The notes below the pieces were generated by a model, which saw only the letters and a list, made by a program, of their open reading frames with translations, did no database searches and was not told the DNA's origin. Both the position numbers and the translations under genes were made by a program. From positions 1,504,001-1,568,000 of the forward strand of contig JBJMOW010000005.1 of the NCBI GenBank assembly GCA_045803545.1: DNA of 64,000 nucleotides. The letters run 5' to 3'. The DNA is from Gemmatimonadaceae bacterium. GTDB lineage: Bacteria; Gemmatimonadota; Gemmatimonadetes; Gemmatimonadales; Gemmatimonadaceae. Of this stretch, positions 49,188 through 58,099 are shown piece by piece (the stretch's first letter is position 1; the number at the start of each line of letters is the position of its first letter).

Positions 49188-51629
49188 ATGACAAAGACTC
49201 GCTTGTCGTTCGCCGTCGCAGTTTTCTCCGCGCTAGTGCCGATCGCGCTCGCCGCGCAAGCCGGCAATCGTTACGTCTTCCTTGGCAACGTGCGCAGCTA
49301 CGATCGAACGCCGTCCGGCGTAGTGGTGCACGCCGACAACGGCACCATGTCGATCGAAACAATCGCCGGAGTTGGCGCGCGCGTACGCACTCGGTTCGGC
49401 GGAGCGACCGCGACGTTTCCTGCGATTCACTCCGTCGCCACGGGTGATGTTGCACCGGGTCTCGGAACGGCAACGGTACGAGAGGCTGGTGACACGATTC
49501 TTGTCGCCGGTGAAGGCGTGGTTGTCCGCGTCGCAAGGAACCCGGCGCGGATCAGTGTCACTGATGCTGACGGTCGTGAGTTTTTCGCCGAGACATTCGG
49601 CGGCGGGACGTGGGAGAATCGAATCACCCACATCGTCCGTGATCCCGGCCGCGTCGCCTACTATGGATTGGGCGAGCAGCCGATGCCGCTCATTCGGAAC
49701 GGCAACGTCTATCCTCTCTGGAACACCGACGCGTTCGGATACGGAGTCGGGCAGATGCCGATCTACTCGTCGATTCCGTGGTACATCGGCGTCCGCGATG
49801 GTCGCTCGTACGGAATCCTCTACGACAATCCGTTCAAAGCCGAGTTTGATTTCGGGGCGCGAATGCGCGACGCAGTTGCGTACAACGCCGATGGAGGGAT
49901 CGATGGCGGCGAGCTGCGCTACTACGTGATTCCGGGCCCTGGTCTCGATAGCACTCTCGCCCGCTACACTCGGCTCACCGGACGCACTTCGCTTCCACCG
50001 CGCTGGTCACTCGGCTATCACCAGTCGCGCTACAGCTACTATCCCGACTCGATGGTCGAGAATCTCGCGCGCGAATTCCGGCGGCGCGACATCCCGGCCG
50101 ATGTGATTCATCTCGACATCCACTACATGAATGGTTATCGGGATTTCACTTTCGATCCGCAGCGCTTTCCGCAGCCCAAGCGGCTAATGGATACGCTCAC
50201 CGCGGAGGGATTCAAGGTTGTCACCATCGTCGATCCTGGCCTCAAGATCGACAGCGCGTGGGCCGTGTACCGCGATGGTCTCGCGCGAAATGCGTACGTG
50301 ACAATGCCGGATGGCAGTCCGTACGTGGCGATCGTTTGGCCGGGTCGCAGTGTGCTGCCGGATTTCTCGCGCGCCTCCGTGCGTCAGTGGTGGGGCGCGC
50401 AGCATAGCGCATTGGTTGATGCCGGCGTGCGGGGAGTATGGAACGACATGAACGAGCCCGCGTCGTTCGGCGGCAAGACGATTCCCGACATCGCGCAGTT
50501 TGAGGGCGATGGTCATCCCGGTACTCATCTCGAGTACCACAATCAGTATGGCACGCTGATGGCGCGCGCTGCGTTCGAAGGTTTCAAAGCGTTGAGACCC
50601 GATCGGCGCCCGTTCATCATCACACGCGCGGGCTACGCCGGTGTGCAGCGCTACGCGACGATCTGGACGGGCGACAACAACTCGACGTGGGATCATCTGC
50701 ACGTATCGCTGCCGATGATCATGGGACTTGGTCTCTCGGGGATTCCGTTCGCGGGCAGCGACATCGGTGGCTTCAATGGTGCGCCTGACGCCGAGCTCTA
50801 CTCGAGATGGCTGCAAGCGGCATCGCTCGTTCCGTTCATGCGCACCCATGCAATGATCGAGACACCAAGGCGCGAGCCGTGGAGCTACGGCGCCGAGCAC
50901 GAGCGCGCGAATCGCGCGACAATAAGACTGCGGTATAGGATGATGCCAGCGTTGTACACAGCGTACGATCAGCACGTCCGCAACGGGTCGCCCGTCATAC
51001 GCCCCATTTTCTGGAGCTCGCTGACCGATTCGACCGCGATGCTTACCGACGATGAGTTCATACTCGGCGATCATTTACTCGTCGCGCCGGTGGTGGAGCA
51101 CAATCAAAACACGCGCGGCGTCTATCTACCGGCCGGCCGCTGGTATCGCGTTGGGAGCGGAGACGCGTACAACGGTGGTCAGCGCGTGACGGTGAACGCG
51201 CCGAGGGTAGAGAGTGATGGCGGCGACACGACGGCTCTGGTCGGACTGCCGGTGTTCGCGAGAGCGGGCGCGGTGATTCCGTCGGCGCCGGTGGTGAAGT
51301 ACGAGGGGCAGCGGAAGATCGACACGCTTACGCTCGACATCTATCCGGGAGCAGCGACGAGCGAGCTGTACGAAGATGCGGGTGACGGATACGCATACCA
51401 GCGTGGTGAATTCCGTCGCACCACTTTCACGACGTCGGGACAATCGGTGACGATGTCGCGCACGGGAACGTATGCGGGAGTGAGAACTTTCAACATCATC
51501 ATGCACGATGCAGCGCGTCCGCAGCGTGTAGTGGTCGACGGCCGGGCTGCGCGTTTCGATTACAACGATGCGCGTCGCGAGATCCGCGTGGTGATTCCGG
51601 CGACGGCCAAGTCAGTGCGCGTTGAGTGA
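49188..51629 (+). CDS. glycoside hydrolase family 31 (alpha-glucosidase-like), secreted
   Basis: GYHQSRYSY, LDIHYM, WNDMNEP, WTGDN, GSDIGGF. Confidence 0.93.
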   Translation: MTKTRLSFAVAVFSALVPIALAAQAGNRYVFLGNVRSYDRTPSGVVVHADNGTMSIETIAGVGARVRTRFGGATATFPAIHSVATGDVAPGLGTATVREAGDTILVAGEGVVVRVARNPARISVTDADGREFFAETFGGGTWENRITHIVRDPGRVAYYGLGEQPMPLIRNGNVYPLWNTDAFGYGVGQMPIYSSIPWYIGVRDGRSYGILYDNPFKAEFDFGARMRDAVAYNADGGIDGGELRYYVIPGPGLDSTLARYTRLTGRTSLPPRWSLGYHQSRYSYYPDSMVENLAREFRRRDIPADVIHLDIHYMNGYRDFTFDPQRFPQPKRLMDTLTAEGFKVVTIVDPGLKIDSAWAVYRDGLARNAYVTMPDGSPYVAIVWPGRSVLPDFSRASVRQWWGAQHSALVDAGVRGVWNDMNEPASFGGKTIPDIAQFEGDGHPGTHLEYHNQYGTLMARAAFEGFKALRPDRRPFIITRAGYAGVQRYATIWTGDNNSTWDHLHVSLPMIMGLGLSGIPFAGSDIGGFNGAPDAELYSRWLQAASLVPFMRTHAMIETPRREPWSYGAEHERANRATIRLRYRMMPALYTAYDQHVRNGSPVIRPIFWSSLTDSTAMLTDDEFILGDHLLVAPVVEHNQNTRGVYLPAGRWYRVGSGDAYNGGQRVTVNAPRVESDGGDTTALVGLPVFARAGAVIPSAPVVKYEGQRKIDTLTLDIYPGAATSELYEDAGDGYAYQRGEFRRTTFTTSGQSVTMSRTGTYAGVRTFNIIMHDAARPQRVVVDGRAARFDYNDARREIRVVIPATAKSVRVE

Positions 51630-51781
51630 AGCGACGAAATAGTTGACCTGTGCCAAGCGACTGTCCGGCGACATTTGCGAATCGCACAGCGGTTCTGCAA
51701 ACTGCGGCAAAATGGCTGGTTTAGGGGTTTTCGCCTAGTGAGCTAACTAACGGCGAGCCAACGGGTTACGAAGATCACAGC

Positions 51782-51955
51782 CCTCTTTACCAACCTCATA
51801 TAATGCCGGTTGCCTGCGTCGGGTTTGTTGGTCTTCATAGCGACGTGCCAAATCGCTTGGCACCCCGAAATTTTGAGGAGCGCTATCACACCAGCAACAA
51901 GAAGGACGAACGGTGTGATTACGTGCACCTGATTCAGTTAGTTGGGTAGGAGAGA
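51782..51955 (+). ncRNA. candidate structured ncRNA, rod-shaped, possibly 6S-like
   Basis: Nested helices 51783-94/51941-54, 51817-20/51905-08, 51825-32/51890-97, 51837-42/51881-86, 51845-51/51857-63; followed by a terminator; no credible CDS. Confidence 0.5.
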
Positions 51956-51956
51956 G

Positions 51957-51989
51957 ACGGGGGCGCACTGGGGCGTCCCCGTTTTTTTT
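51957..51989 (+). terminator. intrinsic terminator
   Basis: ACGGGGGCGC-loop-GCGTCCCCGT followed by a T run. Confidence 0.85.
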
Positions 51990-51993
51990 GTGC

Positions 51994-52225
51994 AGCTGCG
52001 GACTGAGGGCTTAGAAGCGCAATACCGCACTGGTAGCTAATAGCAGCAGGCTGTTAGCTAATGGCTGCCTGCAACCAGAGAGATCTCATGGCATAGGGGC
52101 GAACAGAACGCCTTTCCTCTGACTCTAGCGCTATCTGTCCGTCGCCTGCAGCGAGTAGCCATCGGCTGCCATCAGCTGCCAGCGCGGTACTTATCAGTTC
52201 AGTCTGAAACCGGCGAGATGCAGCT
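51994..52225. repeat. ~230-bp palindromic repeat, family B copy 1
   Basis: Inverted homolog of 54803-55025, sharing e.g. GCCTGCAACCAGA.AGATCTCATGGCAT and CAGCGCGGTACTTATC.GTTCAGTC. Confidence 0.88.
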
Positions 52226-52586
52226 AGATCCCCAGCCACTCTCTCGCCTGTTCTGAGTCGCGAAATACCTGAATCGTCTGCCCCAGTCCCTCAGCCCTCA
52301 ACGCGAACATGCGGGCCATGCCGAAGACGGCGTCGTCGGTGGCGACGAAGGCGCGACGAGTGCCGGGCTCGAAGAATTGATCCAGCGATGTTTCGTTGAT
52401 CATGCTGGTGCTGACGCCGATGCTCGTGATGCCCGTCATGTCGACCAGCTGCTGGTACGTGGGATCGAACTTCGGATCTGTGCGCAGTGTTCTGTTGTGC
52501 TCGAGTATCTCGGGGTCCGTGACTGCACCCCAGATGCGAGTCGTGACGAGCCGTCGCTGAGGATCGATTTCGTATGAACCTGGCAA
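52224..52586 (-). CDS. small hypothetical protein, STAS/SpoIIAA-like pattern
   Basis: LVDMT, RRAFVA...FGMARMF, QVFRD..QAREWL. Confidence 0.7.
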   Translation of the reverse strand: MPGSYEIDPQRRLVTTRIWGAVTDPEILEHNRTLRTDPKFDPTYQQLVDMTGITSIGVSTSMINETSLDQFFEPGTRRAFVATDDAVFGMARMFALRAEGLGQTIQVFRDSEQAREWLGI

Positions 52587-52755
52587 CTCTCTCTCAGGTA
52601 GGTGGGACGAATAGAACGGCGGTGGAAAGAGTCATTGTAGTGGAGGTGCGTTGGGCGCGCATCCCGTCATCTGTTTCTTCTCGAACTTAATTCGCTTTGC
52701 TCGCCCGCCGCTTTCGTTTGCAGCAAGACCGCAAACGCACACCCTCCCCGGCAAT

Positions 52756-53688
52756 ATGTCTAACTTGGCGACTGTGATGCGACAACTCGTGGAGATGAAC
52801 ATCGGCGATCAAGCCGACCTCGCGCGCCTGCAGCTGCGCGGGGGCGTGCCGCACATCGTCACCACGCGCGCTTTCGACTGGCCCGGCATTCGACTGGAAG
52901 CCGGAATGAACAACATCGTCAGTGTCGACGAAGTCTCCGGAATGCATCACTACGTGTCGATGAATCTAGACGACAGGCCGGTCACGCTCGAAGTAAAGGA
53001 ACAGGGAGTATTCCGTCGCGTCGTCTTGCGTCGCGGTACGGCGTGGTTCGTCCCTGCGGGCGACGACGTCACGGTGCGCGTCAACAGCAATTTCCGTTAC
53101 ATCCGGATATCGATCGATCCGATCTACTTCTCGCGCCTCGTCGGCCGCTCGGACAGCGCGCCGATCGAGCTGCACCGCAACTATTGCATCGCAAAATCAC
53201 AGATCGGACACATCCTGGATGCGTTGGTCGCGGAAGCCGATGCGGGTAACCCGGGAGGACTCGCATTCGTCGAGGCGCTGGCAACCGGACTCAGCCATCA
53301 GATCACGCTGCACGCCGCGGAACCGGAGCGCGTGGACAAGTTGCGCGGCGGACTTACGAGTGCGGCGAAGCGTCGCACTCTCGAGATCATGGAAGCACAT
53401 CTCGGCGCGCACCTGACGGTGGAGCTGCTGGCGCATGAAGTGGGCTTGTCACCCGCGCATTTCTCGCGCGCGTTCAAGGAGACGATTGGACGTGCGCCGC
53501 ATCGTTATCTGTTGACGATGAGACTGGAGAAAGCGCGGCGACTGCTCGAGAAACCCGACGTCTCTCTATCGGATGTCGCCCAGCGTACCGGCTTCTCCGA
53601 TCAGGCACACCTGACTCGTCTGTTCAAGCGAGAGTTTGGAACGACACCGGGGTCCGTTCTGCGCGCGCGTATCAAAGCTTCGAACTGA
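52756..53688 (+). CDS. AraC family transcriptional regulator
   Basis: LAHEVGLSPAHFSRAFK, RLEKARRLL, VAQRTGFSDQAHLTRLFK. Confidence 0.93.
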   Translation: MSNLATVMRQLVEMNIGDQADLARLQLRGGVPHIVTTRAFDWPGIRLEAGMNNIVSVDEVSGMHHYVSMNLDDRPVTLEVKEQGVFRRVVLRRGTAWFVPAGDDVTVRVNSNFRYIRISIDPIYFSRLVGRSDSAPIELHRNYCIAKSQIGHILDALVAEADAGNPGGLAFVEALATGLSHQITLHAAEPERVDKLRGGLTSAAKRRTLEIMEAHLGAHLTVELLAHEVGLSPAHFSRAFKETIGRAPHRYLLTMRLEKARRLLEKPDVSLSDVAQRTGFSDQAHLTRLFKREFGTTPGSVLRARIKASN

Positions 53689-53832
53689 AGCGTCGCGCCA
53701 GGGCCATCACGTTTTCGGCGGCCTCAAACAGCATCTTCCTTCAAAAAGTCGCAACGCAATCATTCAAGACACCGCCGCGCGTGCGAGCGAGATTGCGCAG
53801 GTCAACAATCACCCCAGAACGCGGACGTATAT

Positions 53833-54201
53833 ATGATGAGAACAATCCTGGCAGCATCGCTGGTACTCGGGATCGCTGCATGCGGTGGTGCCGGTGGCTA
53901 TGGCGGAACGGTCGCACCTCCTCCGCCTCCCCCGCCGCCTCCTTCCGGAACGGTGGACGCGAACACCAACGACACCTTCAACCCGCGCCAGACGACGATC
54001 CGAGCGGGTAGCACGGTGACGTTTGTATTCAAAGCGGTCGGCCACAACGTCAACTTCGACACCCAGAACGCGGGCACGCCCGCGGACATTGGCGGCGTGA
54101 ACGCCAACATATCGGTGCAGCGCACGTTCAACGTCGCCGGCACATATCAGTACCACTGCAATATCCACCCGGGCATGAGCGGCTCGGTGGTCGTACAATG
54201 A
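53833..54201 (+). CDS. plastocyanin/azurin-family copper-binding lipoprotein
   Basis: Lipobox IAAC, poly-Pro linker, HNV...YHCNIHPGM type-1 copper ligands. Confidence 0.88.
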   Translation: MMRTILAASLVLGIAACGGAGGYGGTVAPPPPPPPPPSGTVDANTNDTFNPRQTTIRAGSTVTFVFKAVGHNVNFDTQNAGTPADIGGVNANISVQRTFNVAGTYQYHCNIHPGMSGSVVVQ

Positions 54202-54800
54202 TGCTCAGCGAACAGGACGCGATCGTCGATTACGCTCAGGACGTGTCCGTTCGGGTAATCGCCGCACCGGAGTTGGTTCAGGTCCTCAACGATCTGACCG
54301 AACGGCTGGTGGAGACAGTCAACGACGGGTCGCCACTCGGCTTCATGACGCCAATCGACAGCGACATGGCGCGCGATTATTGGATCTCAATGCTTCCCGA
54401 CTTGCGCTCGGGCAAGCGGGTCCTGCTCGTCGCCATGTCGGAAGGCATTGTGCTTGGCAGCGCACAGTTGGTGCCTTCGCACCGGGCCAACTCTCCCCAT
54501 CGCGCGGAGATTGAAAAGGTATTCGTGAACCGCGCGGTGCGGAAAATGGGAGTCGGTTCGGCGTTGATGAAAGCGATCGAATCGCTCGCTCTGCATTATG
54601 GTCGCACGCTGTTGTTGCTCAATACGCGGCAGGACCAGCCCGCACATAACTGGTACAGGTCGCTTGGCTATAGCGACGCCGGCGTTGTGCCGGGTTGGAC
54701 GATCGGCCCGAATGGCGAGCAGTACGATCACGTCACGATGTATAAGCACCTCGATTCATCGACGGCGGAGGGGGAGGTACGATCACGCCGCCATGTTTAA
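54198..54800 (+). CDS. GNAT N-acetyltransferase
   Basis: HRAEIEKVFV...RKMGVGSALM, WYRSLGY...G.VPGW. Confidence 0.88.
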   Translation: MMLSEQDAIVDYAQDVSVRVIAAPELVQVLNDLTERLVETVNDGSPLGFMTPIDSDMARDYWISMLPDLRSGKRVLLVAMSEGIVLGSAQLVPSHRANSPHRAEIEKVFVNRAVRKMGVGSALMKAIESLALHYGRTLLLLNTRQDQPAHNWYRSLGYSDAGVVPGWTIGPNGEQYDHVTMYKHLDSSTAEGEVRSRRHV

Positions 54801-54802
54801 AG

Positions 54803-55025
54803 AGCTGCGGAGCAAGGACTGAACGGATAAGTACCGCGCTGATAGCTGATGGCAGCTAGCTGCTAGCTATTGGCTGCAAGCGTCGGGACAGGTCGGTGTT
54901 GATCTAGAGGAAACGCGTTCAGTCCGCGTTCATGCCATGAGATCTGTCTGGTTGCAGGCGGCCATTAGCTATCAGCCTGCTGCCATCAGCTACAAGCGCG
55001 GGTTTTCAGTCCTCAGTCCGCAGCT
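54803..55025. repeat. ~220-bp palindromic repeat, family B copy 2
   Basis: Terminal inverted repeat AGCTGCGGA...TCCGCAGCT; lies between convergent genes. Confidence 0.88.
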
Positions 55026-56274
55026 ACTTTGCCCGCCACTCCACCACGGGCGCGTCCTCAATCGCCCCCATCACCGCATTCCCAATATCTCGCCGAAGCG
55101 CCTCGTGACGCAGGTTCGCGCGAGTGGGATTCACGCGGTTGGTAAGTAGCACTACGAACACCCCGCGCTCGGGATCCATCCAGATGCTGGTGCCTGTGAA
55201 TCCAGTGTGGCCGAATGAGCGGGGAGAAAAAAAGCGGCCGGCGCTGGAGTTCTCGCTGGGCGTATCCCAACCGAGGGCGCGGCTCGATTTGTTCGATTGG
55301 CGCGCGGTCCAGCGTGCGACCGTCGTCGGCTGAATCAATCGCACACCGTTGTACTCTCCGCCGTTGAGCATCATCTGGGAGAAGACTGCGGCGTCGCGCG
55401 CGGATGAGAACAGGCCGGCGTGGCCGGCGACTCCGCCGAGCGCGCACGCGTTCTCGTCGTGGACGATGCCGTGGATTTTGATGTGGCGGAACGCGGTGTC
55501 CATCTCGGTGACCGCGATGCGAGTTAGTGTCGGATTGTCCCGCCGAAAGGGCGCGGTGCAGATGCTGTCGGGCGGAACTGGTCCAAGCGGATTGAATCCG
55601 GTGTCGTGCATGCCGAGTGGCTGCCAGATGCGCGTTGCGGTGAACTGATCGAGCGTCATGCCGCTGATTCGCTCGACGATGAGTCCGGCGAGAATGAAAT
55701 CCCAATCACTGTAGATGGTACTGTCGCCGGGATTGTAAACGAGCGGCCGGGTGTTGATTTGCGCGAGGTAGTCGGCTCGCCCCTTGTGCTCCCGCCACAG
55801 CGCAGCGAACGCCTCGAAGCCGGCGCTGTGAGTGATGATCTGGCGGACGGTGATCTTCGCTTTCGTCGAGTCGGTCAGCTCCGGGATGTAAGAACGAACG
55901 GTTGAATCGAGGTTGAGCCTGCCTTCATCCTCGAGCATCATCAGCGCCGTCGTCGTCGCCACGACTTTGGTCAGCGACGCCATGTCGAACATCGTCGAGT
56001 CGCTGACGGGCGGAGAATCATTCGTGTTATCGATGTGGCCGTATGCCTTGAGATGCACGAGCCGGCCGTATCTACCGACGGCGAGCGCGACTCCGGGTGC
56101 GGCACCCTCCGCCATCGCGACGGTGACGATGGAGTCTAGGCGGGCATTTAGATCACGCAGCATGTAGACGGCCGCTGGTTCAGCGCGAGTGAGAATCGGG
56201 AGTGCTGTGAGATGCAATTGGGGGTGCGTCGTAGCGCAGGCGACGAGGATCAGGCAGAGGGCGAGGTTTCTCAT
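55024..56274 (-). CDS. serine hydrolase, beta-lactamase-like (AmpC/EstB family) lipoprotein
   Basis: FDMASLTK (SxxK), YSD, GHAGLFS, GHTGFTG. Confidence 0.9.
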   Translation of the reverse strand: MRNLALCLILVACATTHPQLHLTALPILTRAEPAAVYMLRDLNARLDSIVTVAMAEGAAPGVALAVGRYGRLVHLKAYGHIDNTNDSPPVSDSTMFDMASLTKVVATTTALMMLEDEGRLNLDSTVRSYIPELTDSTKAKITVRQIITHSAGFEAFAALWREHKGRADYLAQINTRPLVYNPGDSTIYSDWDFILAGLIVERISGMTLDQFTATRIWQPLGMHDTGFNPLGPVPPDSICTAPFRRDNPTLTRIAVTEMDTAFRHIKIHGIVHDENACALGGVAGHAGLFSSARDAAVFSQMMLNGGEYNGVRLIQPTTVARWTARQSNKSSRALGWDTPSENSSAGRFFSPRSFGHTGFTGTSIWMDPERGVFVVLLTNRVNPTRANLRHEALRRDIGNAVMGAIEDAPVVEWRAK

Positions 56275-56530
56275 TGAGGACCGAGGGCTTGGACTAACGG
56301 CATCGACAATCGCTGACTAATTGAGAATCGAGGACGACTGTTGGGATGGTGAATCCGAGTTTCGAGCTAAGTCCGAGATACGAACCTACTGCGAAATACG
56401 AACCTAGTGCGAAATACGAACCTACTGCGAAATACGAGCTCTTTGCATTTCAAAGCGCGTCCAACGTGGCTCGCATCTCGAAATAGGCTCGTAATTCGGT
56501 CTTAGCTCGCACCTCAGTCTCATTCCTCAT
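56275..56530. repeat. half family-A repeat plus a hairpin containing an 18-bp tandem repeat
   Basis: GACCGAGGGCTTGGACTAACGGCATCGA...; CGAAATACGAACCTACTG-like x3.5 at 56374-56440; CGAGCTAAG/CTTAGCTCG inverted pair. Confidence 0.75.
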
Positions 56531-56565
56531 TGGCGAACCCTTGCCAGCCCAGTGATTCCCCTCGC

Positions 56566-58029
56566 ATGATTTCCTCCATGATTACCTCAACTCTGCGGCT
56601 CACCTGCCTCGTCGCGCTGACAGTCACTGGCTTCGCCGGCTATCAACAAAGCGCCCCCAGAGCCAGAACCGAAAACGGCACCGTCCAGGGCGTTGTCGAT
56701 TCTGCATCTGGCATCCTCGTCTTCCGTGGAATCCCATACGCCGCGCCACCAGTCGCAGATCTGCGCTGGCGCGCGCCTCGTCCCGCTGCAAACTGGTCGG
56801 GAGTGCGGGACGCGAGCAAGCTCGGCCACAACTGCATGCAGCATCAGCCGTACGATGACATCGATCCGTTCACTGCCGGCGTCTCAGAAGATTGTCTCTA
56901 CCTGAACGTGTGGACTTCGTCGCTCACTCCGAAAGTGAAGCGACCCGTGATGGTGTGGATCCACGGCGGCGGATTCTGGGCCGGGTTCGGCGGCGAAGAA
57001 CGACACAACGGTGCGCCGCTCGCAAAAAAGGGCGCGGTCGTCGTCACGCTCAACTATCGTCTCGGTGCGTTTGGGTTCCTCGCGCATCCTGCGCTCGCCG
57101 GCAGCTCCCGTGATCCCATCGGCAACTTCGGCCTGCTCGATCAGATCGCCGCACTCAAATGGGTAAAGCACAACATCGCTCGCTTCGGCGGTGATCCGAA
57201 TCGCGTCACCATCTTCGGCGAGTCGGCCGGCGGCATGAGCGTTGGCTCCCTGATCGCATCGCCACTCGCCAAAGGACTCTTCCAGCGCGCCATCCTCGAG
57301 AGCGGCACCGGAGTCAGCGGACTCGGCGTCTTTACGCGTGACACCGCGCAGGCGATCGCTACAAAATTCGTCGATTCGCTCCACCTCACGGGCAGCGGCG
57401 CCGATCTCGCGAGGCAGCTCCGCGGCGCGGACGCGAAGGATGTGCTGAACGCTTCGCTTCATCTCGGCCCAGCGTACTCGCCCAGGTTCTTCCCAGTCGT
57501 CGACGGCACTGTGCTGCCGCACGCTGTCGACACTGCATTGATGAATGGAACTGCCAATCTCGTTCCCGTGATCGTCGGCACCAATCGCGATGAAGGCGAT
57601 GAGTGGATGGCTGCGCCATCGCGCGCATTTGCGCGGCTCGTCACATCGCACAACGTGCCCGCCTACCTCTACATCTTCTCACGCGTCGGAGCTGACAGCG
57701 TCAATCAGAAACGCGGCGCATACCACAGCGCAGAGATCACCTTCGTCTTCGGTCGGCCGACGCCCCTTCAGCCCAGTGCGGGCACGACGTCGTACGACGC
57801 AACAGTCGCCGATGCGATGAGCGATTACTGGGTCGCGTTCGCGAGCTCGGCGAATCCCAATGCGGCGCCGGCCCGCGGCAAGTGGCCGATGTGGCCGAAG
57901 TACGACCCGAAGACCGATGCGCTGCTGGAGATTGGCGCGGACATCGGCGCGCGCACCAACTTCAAGCGGGCTGTCTATGACTCGCTAGATGCGATTGCGC
58001 GCTCGCGTGGCAGGTTGCGGCCAGACTGA
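56566..58029 (+). CDS. type-B carboxylesterase
   Basis: FRGIPYAAPP, SEDCLYLNVW, WIHGGG, GESAGG. Confidence 0.93.
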   Translation: MISSMITSTLRLTCLVALTVTGFAGYQQSAPRARTENGTVQGVVDSASGILVFRGIPYAAPPVADLRWRAPRPAANWSGVRDASKLGHNCMQHQPYDDIDPFTAGVSEDCLYLNVWTSSLTPKVKRPVMVWIHGGGFWAGFGGEERHNGAPLAKKGAVVVTLNYRLGAFGFLAHPALAGSSRDPIGNFGLLDQIAALKWVKHNIARFGGDPNRVTIFGESAGGMSVGSLIASPLAKGLFQRAILESGTGVSGLGVFTRDTAQAIATKFVDSLHLTGSGADLARQLRGADAKDVLNASLHLGPAYSPRFFPVVDGTVLPHAVDTALMNGTANLVPVIVGTNRDEGDEWMAAPSRAFARLVTSHNVPAYLYIFSRVGADSVNQKRGAYHSAEITFVFGRPTPLQPSAGTTSYDATVADAMSDYWVAFASSANPNAAPARGKWPMWPKYDPKTDALLEIGADIGARTNFKRAVYDSLDAIARSRGRLRPD

Positions 58030-58095
58030 CCGCGGCCTGGTTGACCGCCCGAGGACAAACGGCATCTATGATCGCGCACTAAGTGAGGATCGACG
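58024..58095. repeat. partial family-A repeat
   Basis: CCCGAGGACAAACGGCATCTATGATCGCGCACTAAGTGAGGAT resembles 28211-28250. Confidence 0.65.
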
Positions 58096-58099
58096 ACGT

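Noticed and set aside
51803..51949. 48-aa plus-strand ORF MPVACVGF...
   Set aside because: No RBS, atypical codon usage, and the region is better explained by RNA structure.
55024..56274. Bona fide beta-lactam resistance gene linked to BlaI/M56
   Set aside because: Generic serine-hydrolase family member ~23 kb from the BlaI operon; no TGCTA-N6-TAGCA operator noticed upstream.
56374..56440. CRISPR array
   Set aside because: Contiguous 18-bp units without unique spacers; no cas genes in the window.
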